Assembly (NCBI RefSeq): GCF_044704955.1
Contig: NC_091997.1
Location: forward strand, 83,018,001-83,082,000
Direction of reading: 5' to 3'
Source of the DNA: Pristiophorus japonicus
Taxonomy: Eukaryota
Length of the DNA stretch: 64,000 nt
The notes below the pieces were generated by a model. It did no database searches. It saw nothing but the letters and a program-made list of their open reading frames with translations, and was not told the DNA's origin. How positions within the stretch are numbered: position 1 is the stretch's first letter; each line of letters opens with the position of its first letter. Positions 11,722 to 25,031 of this stretch are shown here, piece by piece. Position numbers and translations under genes: made by a program.

Positions 11722-13375
11722 TGATCAAGGCCAGTCCCCTAACCTCAGTGGTGGGAAAATTATTAGAAAAACTCCTGAGGGGCAAATCTTCATTTGGAAA
11801 GACATGGATTAATCAAGGACAGTCAGCATGGATTGGTTAAGGGAAGAAAATGTCTGACTAACTTGATTGAATTTTTCGAGGAGGTAACCAGGAGGGTCGA
11901 TGAGAGTAATGCATATAATGTAGTGTATATGGATTTTAGCAAAGCTTTTGATACGGTCCCATATGGCAGACTGGTCAAGAAAGTAAAAGCCCATGGGATC
12001 CAGGGCAAAGTAGCAAGTTGGATCCAAAATTGGCTCAGAGGCAGGAAGCAAAGGGTAATGGTTGAGGGGTGTTTTTGTGACTGGAAGGCTGTATCCAGTG
12101 GGATTCCGCAGGGCTCAGTGCTAGATCCCTTGCTTTTTGTGGTATATATCAATGACTATTGGGGATATGATTAAGAAGTTTGCAGATGACACTAAAATAG
12201 GTTGTGTGGTTGACAATGAAGAAGAAAGCTGCGGATTGCAGGAAGATATCAATGTACTGGTCAGGTGGGCGGAACAGTGGCAAATGGAATTCAATCCGGA
12301 TAAGTGTGAGGTAATGCATTTGGGGAGATCTAACAATGCAAGGGAATACACATTAAATGGTACGACACTGAAAAGTGTAGAGGAACAAAGGGACCTTGGA
12401 GTGTAGGTCCACAGATACCTAAAGGTAGCAGGCCAGGTAAATAAGGTGATTAAGACATATGGAATACTTGCCTTTATTAGTCGAGGCCTGGAGTACAAGA
12501 GCAAGGAGGTTATGCTTAAACTGTATAAAACACTGGTTAGGCCACAGCTGGAGTATTGTGCGCAGTTCTGGTCACCACATTACAGGAAAGATGTGATTGC
12601 ACTAGAAAGAGTGCAGAGGAGATTTACGAGGTTGTTGCCTGGACCTGGAGAATTTTGGCTATGAGAAAAGATTGGATAGGCTGGGGTAGTTTTCTTTGGA
12701 ACAGAGAAGGCTGAGGGGAGACCTTATTGAGGTGTATAAAATTATGAGGGGCCTAGATAGAGTGGATAGGAAGGACCAGTTTCCCTTGGCAAGGGTTCAA
12801 CAACTAGGGGGCATAGATTTAAAGTAATTGCGGGAGGTTTAGAGGAGATATGAGGGGAAATTTCTTCATCCAGAGGGTGGTTCGAGTCTGTAACTCACTG
12901 TCTGAAAGGGTGGTAGAGGCAGAAACCCTCACCACATTTAAAAGATACTTGGATGTGCACGTAAAGTGCCGTAACCTACAGGGCTACTGACCAAGAGCTG
13001 GAAAGTGGGATTAGGCTGGATAGCTATTGGTCGGCCGGCATGGACACGATGGGCCGAAATGGCCTCCTTCCATGTTGTAAACTTCTATGATTCTAGGACC
13101 TATTTCCCTTAGCAGAGGGTTCAACAATCAGGGGGCATAGATTTAAAGTAATTTGTCGAAGGTTTAGAGGGGAATTGAGGTGAAATTCTTTCACCCAGAG
13201 GGTGGTGGGGGTCTGGAACTCACTGCCTGAAAGGGTGGTAGAGGCAGAAACTCTCACCACATTTAAAAAGTATCTGGATATGCACTTGAAGTGCTGTAAC
13301 CTACAAGGCTAGGCCAGCACGGACACGATGGGCCGAAATGGCCTCCTTCCATGCTGTAAATTTATATAATTCTAT
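11722..13375 (+). mobile_element. 5'-truncated CR1 LINE (second subfamily) with a tandem second copy of its last ~280 bp
   Basis: ORFs 11794..12174, 12137..12406 and 12446..12664 carry RT motifs (YMDFSKAFD, PQGSVL, KFADD). The 3' segment aggacc..ttccctt recurs at about 12772 and 13096. Confidence 0.85.
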
Positions 13376-14062
13376 AAGCGCTGCACATTGAAAATTGGAA
13401 TGTGTCCTCGCCCTCTGTCTAACTCCCAACTTCCCACAATCTAGAATCAAATTGGAAACTTTGGTCAAAAACAGTGTTGGGTAGTCAGGGTGCAGTCAGG
13501 CATGTTAATGAAAGAGCTTGCATTTGTATAGTGCCTTTAACGACCTCAGGACATCACAAAGTGCTTCACAGCTAATGAATTGTTTTGAAGGTAGAGTCAC
13601 TGTTGTACCACAGGGAAATTTGGTTCCAGTAGAATCACGAAAGCATTTTTCGTCCATTTTTTTAATTCCACGTTTTTTCTTTGAGAGAAGTTGACACAGG
13701 TGCCAGTCACACGCGTGTGAGACCCAGACAGTAAATGCAGCAGAGGCAATTCGACAGCAGAGGGCATCACATTGCAGTCTGTTCTCACCTTCTGTCCACA
13801 TTTTCACAATTTCTAGTGCCGCTTTCACTGGATGGCAACTAAAGATAGAAAGCCGGTCCTGTGGTGCTGAGCTCAGTTGTAGAACCCCAAATATTACCCT
13901 CACTGAGATCAGATAACTAACTCAGTACAAACCAGCAGTTGGACCTATTGCTACTTACATGGCTTTTGGGGATGCCGTTTTTGCAGATTGTTAAGGTAAG
14001 AGATTAATTTAGGTGTGCATTAATGCTTTATACTCATTTAAATCAGGTGTACCAGGAATACG

Positions 14063-17000
14063 TTTTTTTTGGACTCATTCTCGGGATATAGGTGTCACTG
14101 GCAAGGGCAGCATTTATTGTGCATCTCTTGTTGCCTTTGAGAAGGAGGTGGTGGGTCTTCTTGAACCGCTGTAGTCTGTGTGATGATGGTGCTCCCACAG
14201 TACAGAGACTGTTCAAAGACTGAGCCTCCACAACCCTCTAAGGTTTTGACTCATCGACAATGAAGGAACGGTGGCATATAGCCAAGTCAGGATGGAGATG
14301 ATGGTGTTTCTGTATACCTGCTGCCCTTGTCCTGACAGTGTGTGGTAGAGGTCACAGGATTGGTAGCTGCTATTGAAGAATATGAATTCAGACGCACACT
14401 ATGCAATCATCAGTGAACAGCCTCATCTGACCTTATGATGGATGGAAGGTCATTGATGAAGTAATGGACACTGCCCTGAGGAATTCCTGCAGCGATATCC
14501 TGGGGCTGAGATGACTGGCCTCTAATAACCACAACCAACTTCCTATGTGCCAAGTATGATTCCAGATCGTGAAGAGTTTTCCCCCAATCCCAATTTGACT
14601 AGGTATCCTTGGTGCCACACTTGGTCAAATGTTGCCTTGATGTCAAGGGCAGTCACTCTCACCTCACCTCTGGAATTCAGCTCTGATGTCCATGTTTAGA
14701 CACAGGCTGTAATGAGGTCTGGAGCGGAGTGGGCCTGGTGGAACCCAAACTGAGCAACAATGAACAGGTTATTGGTGAGTAAGTGCTGCTTGATAGCACT
14801 GTCGACAGCAACTTCCATCACTTTGCTGATGATTGAGAGTAGACTGATGGAGCGGTAATTGGCCAGGTTGGATTGGTCCTACTTTTTGTGGCGTGGACAT
14901 ACCCGGGTAATTTTCGACATGGTCGGGTAGTTGGCAGTGTTGTAGCTACAATGAAACATCTTAGCTAGAGGCACAGCTCATTCTGGAGCACAGATCTTCT
15001 GAACTACAGCCAGAATGTTGTCGGGACCTGTAGCCTTGACTGTGTCAAATGCACTCAGCCATTTCTTAATATAGAAACATAGAAACATAGAAAATAGGTG
15101 CAGGAGTAGGCCATTCGGCCCTTCTAGCCTGCACCGCCATTCAATAAGTTCATGGCTGAAATTGCAACTTCAGTACCCCATTCCTGCTTTCTCACCATAC
15201 CCTTTGATCCCCCTAGTAGTAAGGACGTCATCTAACTCCTTTTTGAATATATTTAGTGAATTGGCCTCAACAACTTTCTGTGGTAGAGAATTCCACAGGT
15301 TCACCACTCTCTGGGTGAAGAAATTCCTCCTCATCTCGGTCCTAAATGGATTACCCCTTGTCCTTAGACTGTGACCCCTGGTTCTGGACTTCCCCAACAT
15401 TGGGAACATTCTTCCTGCATCTAACCTGTCTAACCCCGTCAGAATTTTAAACGTTTCTAAGAGGTCCCCTCTCATTCTTCTGAACTCCAGTGAATACAAG
15501 CCCAGTTGATCCAGTCTTTCTTGATAGGTCAGTCCCGCCATCCCGGGAATCAGTCTGGTGAACCTTCGCTGCACTCCCTCAACAGCAAGAATGTCCTTCC
15601 TCAGGTTAGGAGACCAAAACTGTACACAATACTCCAGGTGTGGCCTCACCAAGGCCCTGTACAACTGTAGCAACACCTCCCTGCACCTGTACTCAAATCC
15701 CCTCGCTATGAAGGCCAACATGCCATTTGCTTTCTTAACCGCCTGTTGTACCTGCATGCCAACCTTCAATGACTGATGTACCATGACACCCAGGTCTCTT
15801 TGCACCTCCCCTTTTCCTAATCTGTCACCATTCAGATAATAGTCTGTCTCTCTGTTTTTACCACCAAAGTGGATAACCTCACATTTATCCACATTATACT
15901 TCATCTGCCATACATTTGCCCACTCACCTAACCTATCCAAGTCGCTCTGCAGCCTCATAGCATCCTCCTCGCAGCTCACACTGCCACCCAACTTAGTGTC
16001 ATCCGCAAATTTGGAGATACTACATTTAATCCCCTCGTCGAAATCATTAATGTACAGTGTAAACAGCTGGGGCCCCAGCACAGAACCTTGCGGTACCCCA
16101 CTAGTCATTGCCTGCCATTCTGAAAAGTCCCCATTTACTCCTACTCTTTGCTTCCTGTCTGACAACTAGTTCTCAATCCATGTCAGCACACTACCCCCAA
16201 TCCCATGTGCTTTAACTTTGCACATTAATCTCTTGTGTGGGACCTTGTCGAAAGCCTTCTGAAAGTCCAAATATACGACATCAACTGGTTCTCCCTTGTC
16301 CACTCTACTGGAAACATCCTCAAAAAATTCTAGAAGATTTGTCAAGCATGATTTCCCTTTCCCATGCTGACTTGGACCTATCATATCACCTCTTTCCAAA
16401 TGCACTACTATGACATCCTTAATAATTGATTCCATCATCTTACCCACTACCGATGTCAGGCTGACCGGTCTATAATTCCCTGTTATCTCTCTCCCTCCTT
16501 TTTTAAAAAGTGGGGTTACATTGGCTACCCTCCACTCCATAGGAACTGATCCAGAGTCAATGGAATGTTGGAAAATGACTGTCAATGCATCCACTATGTC
16601 CAAGGCCACCTCCTTAAGTACTCTGGGATGCAGTCCATCAGGCCCTGGGGATTTATCGACCTTCAATCCCATCAATTTCCCCAACACAATTTCCCGACTA
16701 ATAAGGATTTCCCTCAGTTCCTCCTCCTTACTAGACCCTCCGACCCCTTTTATATCCGGAAGGTTGTTTGTGTCCTCCTTAGTGAATACCGAACCAAAGT
16801 ACTTGTTCAATTGGTCCGCCATTTCTTTGTTCCCCGTTATGACTTCCCCTGATTCTGACTGCAGGGGACCTACGTTTGTCTTTACTAACCTTTTTCTCTT
16901 TACATATCTGTAGAAATTTTTGCAATCCGTCTTAATGTTCCCTGCAAGCTTCTTCTCGTACTCCATTTTCCCTGCCCTAATCAAACCCTTTGTCCTCCTC

Positions 17001-18305
17001 TGCTGAGTTCTAAATTTCTCCCAGTCCCCGGGTTCGCTGCTATTTCTGGCCAATTTGTATGCCACTTCCTTGGCTTTAATACTATCCCTGATTTCCCTTG
17101 ATAGCCATGGTTGAGCCACCTTCCCTTTCTTATTTTTACGCCAGACAGGAATGTACAATTGTTGTAGTTCATCCATGCGGTCTCTAAATGTCTGCCATTG
17201 CCCATCCACAGTCAATCCCCTAAGTATCATTCGCCAATCTATCCTAGCCAATTCACGCCTCATACCTTCAAAGTTACCCTTCTTTAAGTTCTGGACCATG
17301 GTCTCTGAATTAATTGTTTCATTCTCCATCCTAATGCAGAATTCCACCATATTATGGTCACTCTTCCCCAAGGGGCCTCGCACAACGAGATTGCTAATTA
17401 ATCCTCTCTCATTACACAACACACAGTCTAAGATGGCCTCCCCCCTAGTTGGTTCCTCGACATATTGGTCTAGAAAACCACCCCTTATGCACTCCAGGAA
17501 ATCCTCCTCCACCGTATTGCTTCCAGTTTGGCTAGCCCAATCTATGTGCATATTAAAGTCACCCATTATAACTGCTGCACCTTTATTGCATGCACTCCTA
17601 ATTTCCTGTTTGATGCCCTCCCCAACATCACTACTACTGTTTGGAGGTCTGTACACAACTCCCACTAACGTTTTTTGCCCTTTGGTGTTCTGCAGCTCTA
17701 CCCATATAGATTCCACATCATCCAAGCTAATGTCCTTCCGAACTATTGCCTTAATTTCCTCCTTAACCAGCAATGCTACCCCACCTCCTTTTCCTTTTAT
17801 TCTATCTTTCCTGAATGTTGAATACCCCTGGATGTTGAGTTCCCAGTCCTGATCATCCTGGAGCCACGTCTCAGTAATCCCAATCATATCATATTTGTTA
17901 ACATCTATTTGCAGTTAATTCATCCACCTTATTGTGGATACTCCTTGCATTAAGACACAAAGCCTTCAGGCTTGTTTTTTTTAACATCCTTTGTCCTTGT
18001 AGAATTTTGCTGTACAATGGCCCTTTTTGTTCTTTGCCTTGGGTTTCTCTGCCCTCCACTTTTCCTCATCTCCTTTCTGTCTTTTGCTTTTGCCTCCTTT
18101 TTGTTTCCCTCTGTCTCCCTGCATTGGTTCCCATCCCCCTGCCATATTAGTTTAACTCCTCCCCAACAGCACTATCACATGGAGTGAACTGAACTAGCTG
18201 AAGACTGGCAACTGTGATGGTGAGGACCTCCGGGACAGACTGAGGAGGATGACGAATAGCTGAAGATGGTTGGAAATGCTTCAGCCTTATCTTTTGAACT
18301 CACAG
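14063..18305 (-). mobile_element. Older CR1/L2-group LINE 3' portion (14063-15072 and 18174-18305), split by the younger CR1
   Basis: A-rich 3' end at 14063. The sequence reads through the CR1 insertion (ttcttaatat|cacatggagtg). Its tail is shared with the SINE ending at about 40670. Confidence 0.6.
15073..18173 (-). mobile_element. CR1 LINE truncated at the end of ORF1, with a nearly intact ORF2 (APE endonuclease + RT)
   Basis: ORFs 16166..17887 (IGITETW, MGDFN, SDH) and 15170..16165 ([13 protein letters not shown]) are in the same frame, separated by one TAG. There is a 2-bp deletion near 17912 relative to the 54-58 kb copy, and a (CTATGTTT)n tail. Confidence 0.95.
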
Positions 18306-18436
18306 TTGTAGATGGGGCAGTAGTTTACAAGGATAGAGGAGATCAAGAGTGTGCTTTTTGAGGGAAGTGATAGTAGATTTGACACGGAGGGGGAGAGGGG
18401 GCGAGGAACAGTACTGGAGAGGAAACCATTTACAAT

Positions 18437-18900
18437 ATCATCATCATAGGTGGTCCCTCAAAATGAGGATGACTTGCTTCCAAAAAAAAGGATGAGTTCA
18501 CAGGTGTTTCGAAAGAACCTGAACTACATCCTCAAGGGTGGAAGATGCCTGTGCGTGGATTTTTTTTAAACGTGTGGTGATCGTAGCACTTAGCCACCAC
18601 ACAGGCTTGGTCCAGTGGCAAGAATTACCCAAGACAACTGGAGACCAGCTCTGTTGCACGGACCCAGTGCGCACATATTGCAGTGTGGGCTGGCCCGTGC
18701 TCCCCCTGGGCTTCTGGCCCCGAACTCACGCCTCCCCTGGGCCCCGATCACATCCCTCCAGTCTCTCACAGCACCTTTGCCCCGATCTCGTCGCTCCTGC
18801 TGCATCTGCCCACGCTCCAATCTCCCACCTCGACCTTGCTGACGTCACTCTTCGCTGCTGTTGCCCACATTGCTGCGTGGAGGCCCCTACCTGCGAGAGA
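18437..18900 (-). mobile_element. Non-autonomous RTE-tailed element, copy 2
   Basis: Homologous to 1054-1520. Confidence 0.65.
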
Positions 18901-20239
18901 CAATCAGCAGCAGGTTAGGGCCATAAAAGGAGCGGCGAGCAGCGGCCATGGGTCAGCTCGCATGCGGGCCAGCGGTTTTGTGGGAGTGTTAAGAGAACAC
19001 TATGAGCTGGCAGGTGGCGAGATAGAAGAGAAACGTGAACATCGGGCTTGGGATGCAGCAGAAAGATTATCTCAAACTTTGAGACAAAAAAAATCCAGGA
19101 GCTCCTCAGTTGTTAGTGAGGGTTGAGGAGGCAGGGGAGAGGAATTTAAGGCTGGTAGTGAAGAAAAGTGGGGGCTATCGTTGCATTACTGGAGTAGTGG
19201 GCAACATTGGCAAACAGTTGGACCAGATAGTTCTTGATGTGGTCCAGCCATATCTGGCGATGATCCCAGTGTACACCGTAAAAGCCTTCAAATTTGCATC
19301 ACTTGGCCTCGTGAGAGCAAAGATGGAGGCCAGACCAAGGTGAATGGCCAGTGTGGGTTTTACTGAGGACATGGGCATCAAAGGTGAAGGTAATTAATCA
19401 TTTGACAATTAATAAATGCAAATTCTTTGATTTGAAGACAAAAGTTTGAGGTGGGAAAAATAGACCAAACTAATATTTAGTGGCAGCTGAAGTGGGATAT
19501 CATTTGTTAATCAAACAAGGTGTTTCAAATTTCAATTAAATTAGAAGAAAATAGCAGTTGCCGAGAGCACGCGGTCTCGAAGAGGAAATTAGAATGGATT
19601 CATCTGGCATCAGACACACCAGCTCTGACATGAAGCTGAAAGCAAGGGCAAGAGCCTTTCACGCCAGTGAGGTGTGCTTCAACCGAGGAGTCACAGCACC
19701 AGCAACAAGCACAAGGCAGAAACGTGCAGACACAAGCTGGAGGGAAAGCAGAATCTGCATATTGAGCCATATTGAGGATTAGTGATCAATGTGATGGTCT
19801 CCAGGAGATACAAGTGTGGTTTACCAGCACAGGATGGCACCCTTGGGATTCAGACCATGGAAAACAAAGACATTTTGCTCCTGAGGACAGTGCATAATTT
19901 TTGATGTCACTTTAGTTGAGGGACCAGACCGCTAGTAATGTGACCCCTGCACAGCCAGTTAATTCATCGCGCAGAATAAAGGAATTTGAAACCCCCGTAT
20001 TTCTTTGCGTTGCGGTTGACACTAGCTGGTGGAATTACTTAGCTTGCCTCACGCTACACTTAGAAGCCAGTACAATCAAGACTTTTGTTTGAGTCAGCCT
20101 ATACCTTGGTACAAAGTAACTTAAATCTAACATTCCAAATTTTAAGGATATTTGAATTAATAGCTAAATCATAAGTTGGTAAGTACAAACAGAAAGGTTG
20201 CTAACACCGTCCGATATTAAATACAATGCTTTACAAAAT

Positions 20240-20660
20240 GGGTTGGGATGTTCGCATGTCAGACACGAGACTCCCAAAGCAAGTGCTCTACTCGGAACTC
20301 CTATACGGCACGTGAGCCCAAGGTGGGCAGAGGAAATGTTTCAAGGACACCCTCAAAGCCTCTATAAAATGCAACATCCCCACTGACACCTGGGAGTCGC
20401 TGGCCAAAGGCTGCCCGAAGTGGAGGAAGTGCATCCGGGAGGGCACTGAGCACCTCGAGTCTCGTCGCCGAGAGCATGCAGAAACCAAGCGCGGGCAGCG
20501 GAAGGAGCGTGCGGCAAACCAGTCCCACCCACCCTTTCCTTCAACCACTGTCTGTCCCACCTGTGACAGAGACTAATTCCTGTAATGGACTGTTCAGTCA
20601 CCGAAGAACTCACTTTTGAAGTGAAAGCAAGTCTTTGATTTTGAGGGACTGCCGATGATA
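20240..20660 (+). mobile_element. RTE-clade LINE 3' fragment
   Basis: Homologous to 9711-10062 plus 10503-10572 without interruption, ending gagggactgccgatgat. Confidence 0.8.
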
Positions 20661-21324
20661 TTACAAAATGCATGATCCTAAAGCTTTTGATTGCACCAAA
20701 ATGTCCCACACTGAAGTATCAGCCATTCAAACAGGCTGTCCAGCTGACATCTCTCAAGTCAGATATTATACCCCAGATTAGAGGCAATTCAACCAGCATT
20801 AAATGCAGCAAGGTGGGTGGGATACAAGAATTGCTGCAGCGAAGAGCTCAGGTTCACAAACACTACGGAGATGAAATTATTAGGAGCCATGGCATATTTG
20901 TTGTTTTGGATTATGCAAAGATGCATTGCAATGATTGAATTTAGTCCAACTAGAACATGAGTCACCCTTAATGAGAAACAAACCAGCTTATCAATTGGTA
21001 TCAAGCCTCATTTCACCAAGTCCCCCTTTTGAGAGATTGAAGTAATCATGTCAAAGGCGCCTATATACAGTGCAGGTCAGTACGTTTGCTACACTCCGTT
21101 ACACACCACAGTAGCTAAAGGGACAAGTGCAGATGGCATTGCCAAACACTCAATTTTGGGAGTTTCTTCCCAGCATAACTATATTTCTCATGAATTGCGA
21201 GCATTAAATGACTCATGTGCATCAAGAATGTGACAAACTAAAGCTAAACACGGTTCCATGTAATCATTTTGGATTCTCGAGGAAGTGCTGTGGGTTCAGT
21301 ATTTCTAGCCATCTGTGGGTTGGA

Positions 21325-21656
21325 GAGAAAGACTTGCATGCCTTTCATGACCACTAGACATATCAAAGCACTTTACAGCCAAGTGTAGTCACTATTGTAA
21401 TGTGGGAAACAGCAGCAACTTTGTGCACAGCAAGCTCCCACAAACAGCAGTGATACATCTGTTTTTGTTATTTTGATTGAGGGATAATATTGGCCATACA
21501 TTAGGGATAACTCCCCTGCTCTTTGAAATAGTACAATGGGATCTTTTACATCCACCCAAGCACGCAGACGGGGCCTTGGTTTAACATCTCATCCGAAAGA
21601 CGGCACCTCCGACAGTGCAGCACTCCCTCAGCACTGCACTGGAGTGTCAGCCTAGG
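21325..21656 (-). mobile_element. Partial DeuSINE
   Basis: Reverse-complement homology to 3100-3470. Confidence 0.8.
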
Positions 21657-21834
21657 TCCCGAGAGCTCAAGAAATGTGAAAATGCTACATTGTAAAATGT
21701 GCAAATAATCTTGCAGCGCATGGATACACACCAGTACTTCAAAAAGGCAGGACAATTGATGATCTGGAGTGAACGTGGAATAACCTAGGAAACCCAAGAA
21801 AACAATACGAGTGGGTGCTGTGCAAAGTTTTACA

Positions 21835-21840
21835 TTTATT
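21835..21840 (-). terminator. PCLAF: Probable PCLAF polyadenylation signal (AATAAA)
   Basis: tttatt on the + strand about 400 nt downstream of the stop codon, followed on the - strand by GT/T-rich sequence. Confidence 0.65.
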
Positions 21841-22233
21841 ATAAAAACAAAATTAAACTAAATCTGCAAAGATACATTAAGGCAACTAAAAAACCTCTGG
21901 TTATAGAGTCAGTGTCTCCAAGAAAGATTTTATCCCTTACCACAACACCACCCCCCATGGATAGAGGACAAAACAGATTTAATTAAACTTAAATGCAAAT
22001 ACATAGGAAGGTCTTATTTAGCTGAGGGGCCCATTGGCCCAGAACCAAAAGATTCAGCCAATAAGTTTTGAACTAGTTTCCATAATTATGGCTTTTAACT
22101 GGCATTTTATTAAATTTCTGTACAAGACAATGCTAACAAATCCATACTACATAGCAATAGACATATATACAAATATACACGTCGAGGAAGATCTGTTCAA
22201 GTACGAGACGTGGTCATAGGAGGAACATGGAGC

Positions 22234-22291
22234 TCAGTTCTCTTCACCTGATGCAACGTCTTCTGAGGAGTCTTCAGACAAACGACGTGCC
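22234..22291 (-). CDS. PCLAF: PCNA clamp-associated factor, exon 4 (last coding exon)
   Basis: Acceptor tttattccacccag|, encodes (R)ARRLSEDSSEDVASGEEN*. The phase matches exon 3 and the four exons total 363 nt (120 aa + stop). Confidence 0.85.
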
Positions 22292-22714
22292 CTGGGTGGA
22301 ATAAATTGTAGTTAATGCATTGTTGAATTAGTTCCAAAGACATTCTGAAAACACCCAAATTTCATTTTGCACCCCGAGTTTTTTTTTGTTCTTGGGAAAT
22401 GGGCATGTTGGTAAGGCTGCATTTATTGCCATTCCTACTTGCCCTTAGTTAATGTTGGGCCTTTTTTTTTTGAATCACTCAGTCCTTATGTGCGTTTCCA
22501 CAACAGTGTTAGGTTCCCCCAGCACATTGTGTCCAGAGTGCTATGCATTTAAGAACCATTGCTGTGTTTGTCTGTTTGGAACTGAGCAACTTCAAGCATT
22601 GTAAGGAGTGTTAATTCAGTTCAACATTATCCTGTTAGATATGTTGCTGATCGGGGTGGGGGAAAAAAAAAAAATGAGTGGGGGGTGGGAGAAAGAGCCT
22701 CAACAATGGTGGTC

Positions 22715-23081
22715 CAGGTTGAATTTCCCTTATCCGGCACCCTCGGAGGGATATTGCCAGATATATTTGGGTGGACTGGGCCTTTAAGTGTTGTTGCTGG
22801 GGTACTGTGTGCACTGATTGGCTGGACCGCCAGTCAGTCAGCCAGCGTGCAGGGGGCCTCAGAGCCGACAGGCCCCAAAAGTCAGCCCAACCCCCCAGAG
22901 GGAGCGCTGTGGGGAGAAGTGGCTGGCCCGAGGACTGTGGCTACAGGAGTTCCAGCGGGGTGACGAGGAGGAGGAGGCAGCCGATTGAGGAGAAAGATTA
23001 TACTGGCAAGTAGGATTTTGATGGTCGCGTTCTGCGTATGTGTCACCCGGGAATGGTCTCAGACAAGAAAGGTTCAACCTG
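22715..23081. mobile_element. Pogo/Tigger-like MITE
   Basis: Terminal inverted repeats caggttgaa..ttcaacctg (9 bp perfect, extending imperfectly) around a non-coding interior. A TA TSD is not preserved. Confidence 0.6.
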
Positions 23082-24126
23082 TTTATGAAGGACAAAGAGA
23101 TGGCTGGTACTTGTGACATGAAATCTGCTTGCACATCAACCTGCATATTAGTGTACTGCTGTAGGCTGACATGGGCTGCTTCAGCATTGGATGTGAATGG
23201 AGTTCACCAATCATCAAATTAAACCAACAACCCTAGCTTTATGAAACAGCTCAAGATGGTTAGTTTCAGGATATTTCTCTGAAGAACTCACCACACACAA
23301 CTATGTTAATCTGCTATTCTCAAAGAAGGATCAGTATTTTTTTCCATTTCAGGACAGAAATGACACTTGGAGAGATAAAACAGAACAGAAAACAGTGCTG
23401 CCAACATGAAATTTGTAGCTCATTAAAATTTAAGACTGACCACATTTCCCACCATGAAAAAGTAATCCACAACAATGGTGGTACTGCCAGAACCAATAGA
23501 TTCATCTCACTTTAGCAACACCAGGTGTTTTTAAAAGCTGGGTTACAATTGAGAGCCAATCTTTCCCATTTTAACAACATTATCCCAGTATGCATTTCAG
23601 AATGTTTGGCCAATTTAAGTCAATGTTAAAGAATAACTGACGCTAAAAAACCTAAAACAGATTCAAGTCGACAAGTCTGCAACAGTCCAAATAAATCTTA
23701 TTCCAAGCTGCAATGGTATGCCCAATATATCAAACTTTCTCCCACAATGGTTAAGGAGTGTTTAGACAAGCCATAAAAGGTCCGTGGTTTAAGCCCTGCG
23801 ATGTGAAGAGTTGGCCAATATCTGCCAGGGCTGCAGTAGGACTTTACCACCGACCACAGCAGCCTAGGGTAGAGATGGAAAAGAAAACAGTCATAGTAGC
23901 TGTAATTAATTGCTATCCAGTGCACATTTGTGAGCCAAGACAAGCACAGTCGACGCTTCTCTCCCCTGTGGAGCAGTCGCCTGACAACACTGCCCAGCAT
24001 TCAACAGAAGAGTGGCCACTTGGGCCAAGAATTGGACGACATGTAGTATCCATAGAACCACACCACAAAGCTCCGAAGGCAAAGAATCAGTGCCTTTGAG
24101 GAAAGAGGGAACGCATTAAAACCTAC

Positions 24127-24295
24127 CTCCTTGCTTTGCTTGTTCCAGCCTTGCTGCTATTGGGCTCATCGTCTGAGGGGACTGTGTTCTCCTTCTCAGG
24201 CTGTTTAGAAGGACCCCCAAAGAATTCCCCAATCCCTTTCTGCCACTTTGGTGTAGGTCTCGGACACACTGAGTTCCCACCAGCATATTTGTTTT
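24127..24295 (-). CDS. PCLAF: PCNA clamp-associated factor, exon 3 (PIP box, KEN box)
   Basis: (E)NKYAGGNSVCPRPTPKWQKGIGEFFGGPSKQPEKENTVP.. versus human ENKYAGGNPVCVRPTPKWQKGIGEFF..SEKEN. Splice sites caacag| and ag|gtaggt. Confidence 0.97.
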
Positions 24296-24876
24296 CTGTT
24301 GAGCACGCAAAACAATGTCCCATCAAACGGAGCTGACAGTAAGCACTTCCTAGTTTACTGATGCTATAAAATGGTTGGAAAGTACTAAACAGATTATTGA
24401 AGTCATTAGATAAAGTTCACTAAGTCTTCCTCACTTAAATATTCAGCAGCAACCCCGAACCCCTGAGATAAGGAACAATTACATTTTAATCTGTGGGGCA
24501 TCTTCTATACAAGACTCACTTGTCTCAAATTCAGTTGATGTACGAGCATGGTGCATCATTGGTGCACTCTCGCAAGTCTTTAAAAATGATATCAGACAAT
24601 CACTGCTGGAAAGAACACTGTTTCCACATTGTGAATTTAGGGCAGAGTTAAGCCCAAATGGGAAATAATTTATGGCTATTGTAGACGACTGATTGCTTAA
24701 CCTAACCATACAAAAAGCCCCTTCACGTATAACAATACTCCCCAAAAACCACAGCTCCCACTATTTGTTCAGGACCAGTTTGATTAAACTTGTCTTATGA
24801 TTTAAGCCCTGACAATTGTTCAATGTAATTGCGATATTTTACTCAGGTAAATGTTGTAAATAAGGTGAATACATAC

Positions 24877-24957
24877 CCTTTTTCCCAGGAGATGTTAGAG
24901 AAATGTTGGCTGTACTTGTACATCCAAGGGCCTTCCGTGGTGCCCTAGCAGCAACAG
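24877..24957 (-). CDS. PCLAF: PCNA clamp-associated factor, exon 2
   Basis: 81 nt, (A)VAARAPRKALGCTSTANISLTSPGKK versus human VVAARAPRKVLGSSTS. Splice sites tctcaacag| and g|gtatgt. Confidence 0.95.
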
Positions 24958-25031
24958 CTGTTGAGACAAACAGAATTGCTCGTGTGACTTTCCACGATTC
25001 GATATATGGGGCTCAATTTCCCCCAGTGATT

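Noticed and set aside
13840-13950. Possible ancient SINE remnants (also about 23720-24110 and 43680-43850)
   Set aside because: Resemblance is from memory only and too degenerate to set boundaries or a family without a profile search.
16521-17852. Antisense ORFs within CR1 ORF2 (also 55320-56651 and 59235-60108)
   Set aside because: Shadows of the sense-strand RT/endonuclease frame; they recur only because the element recurs.
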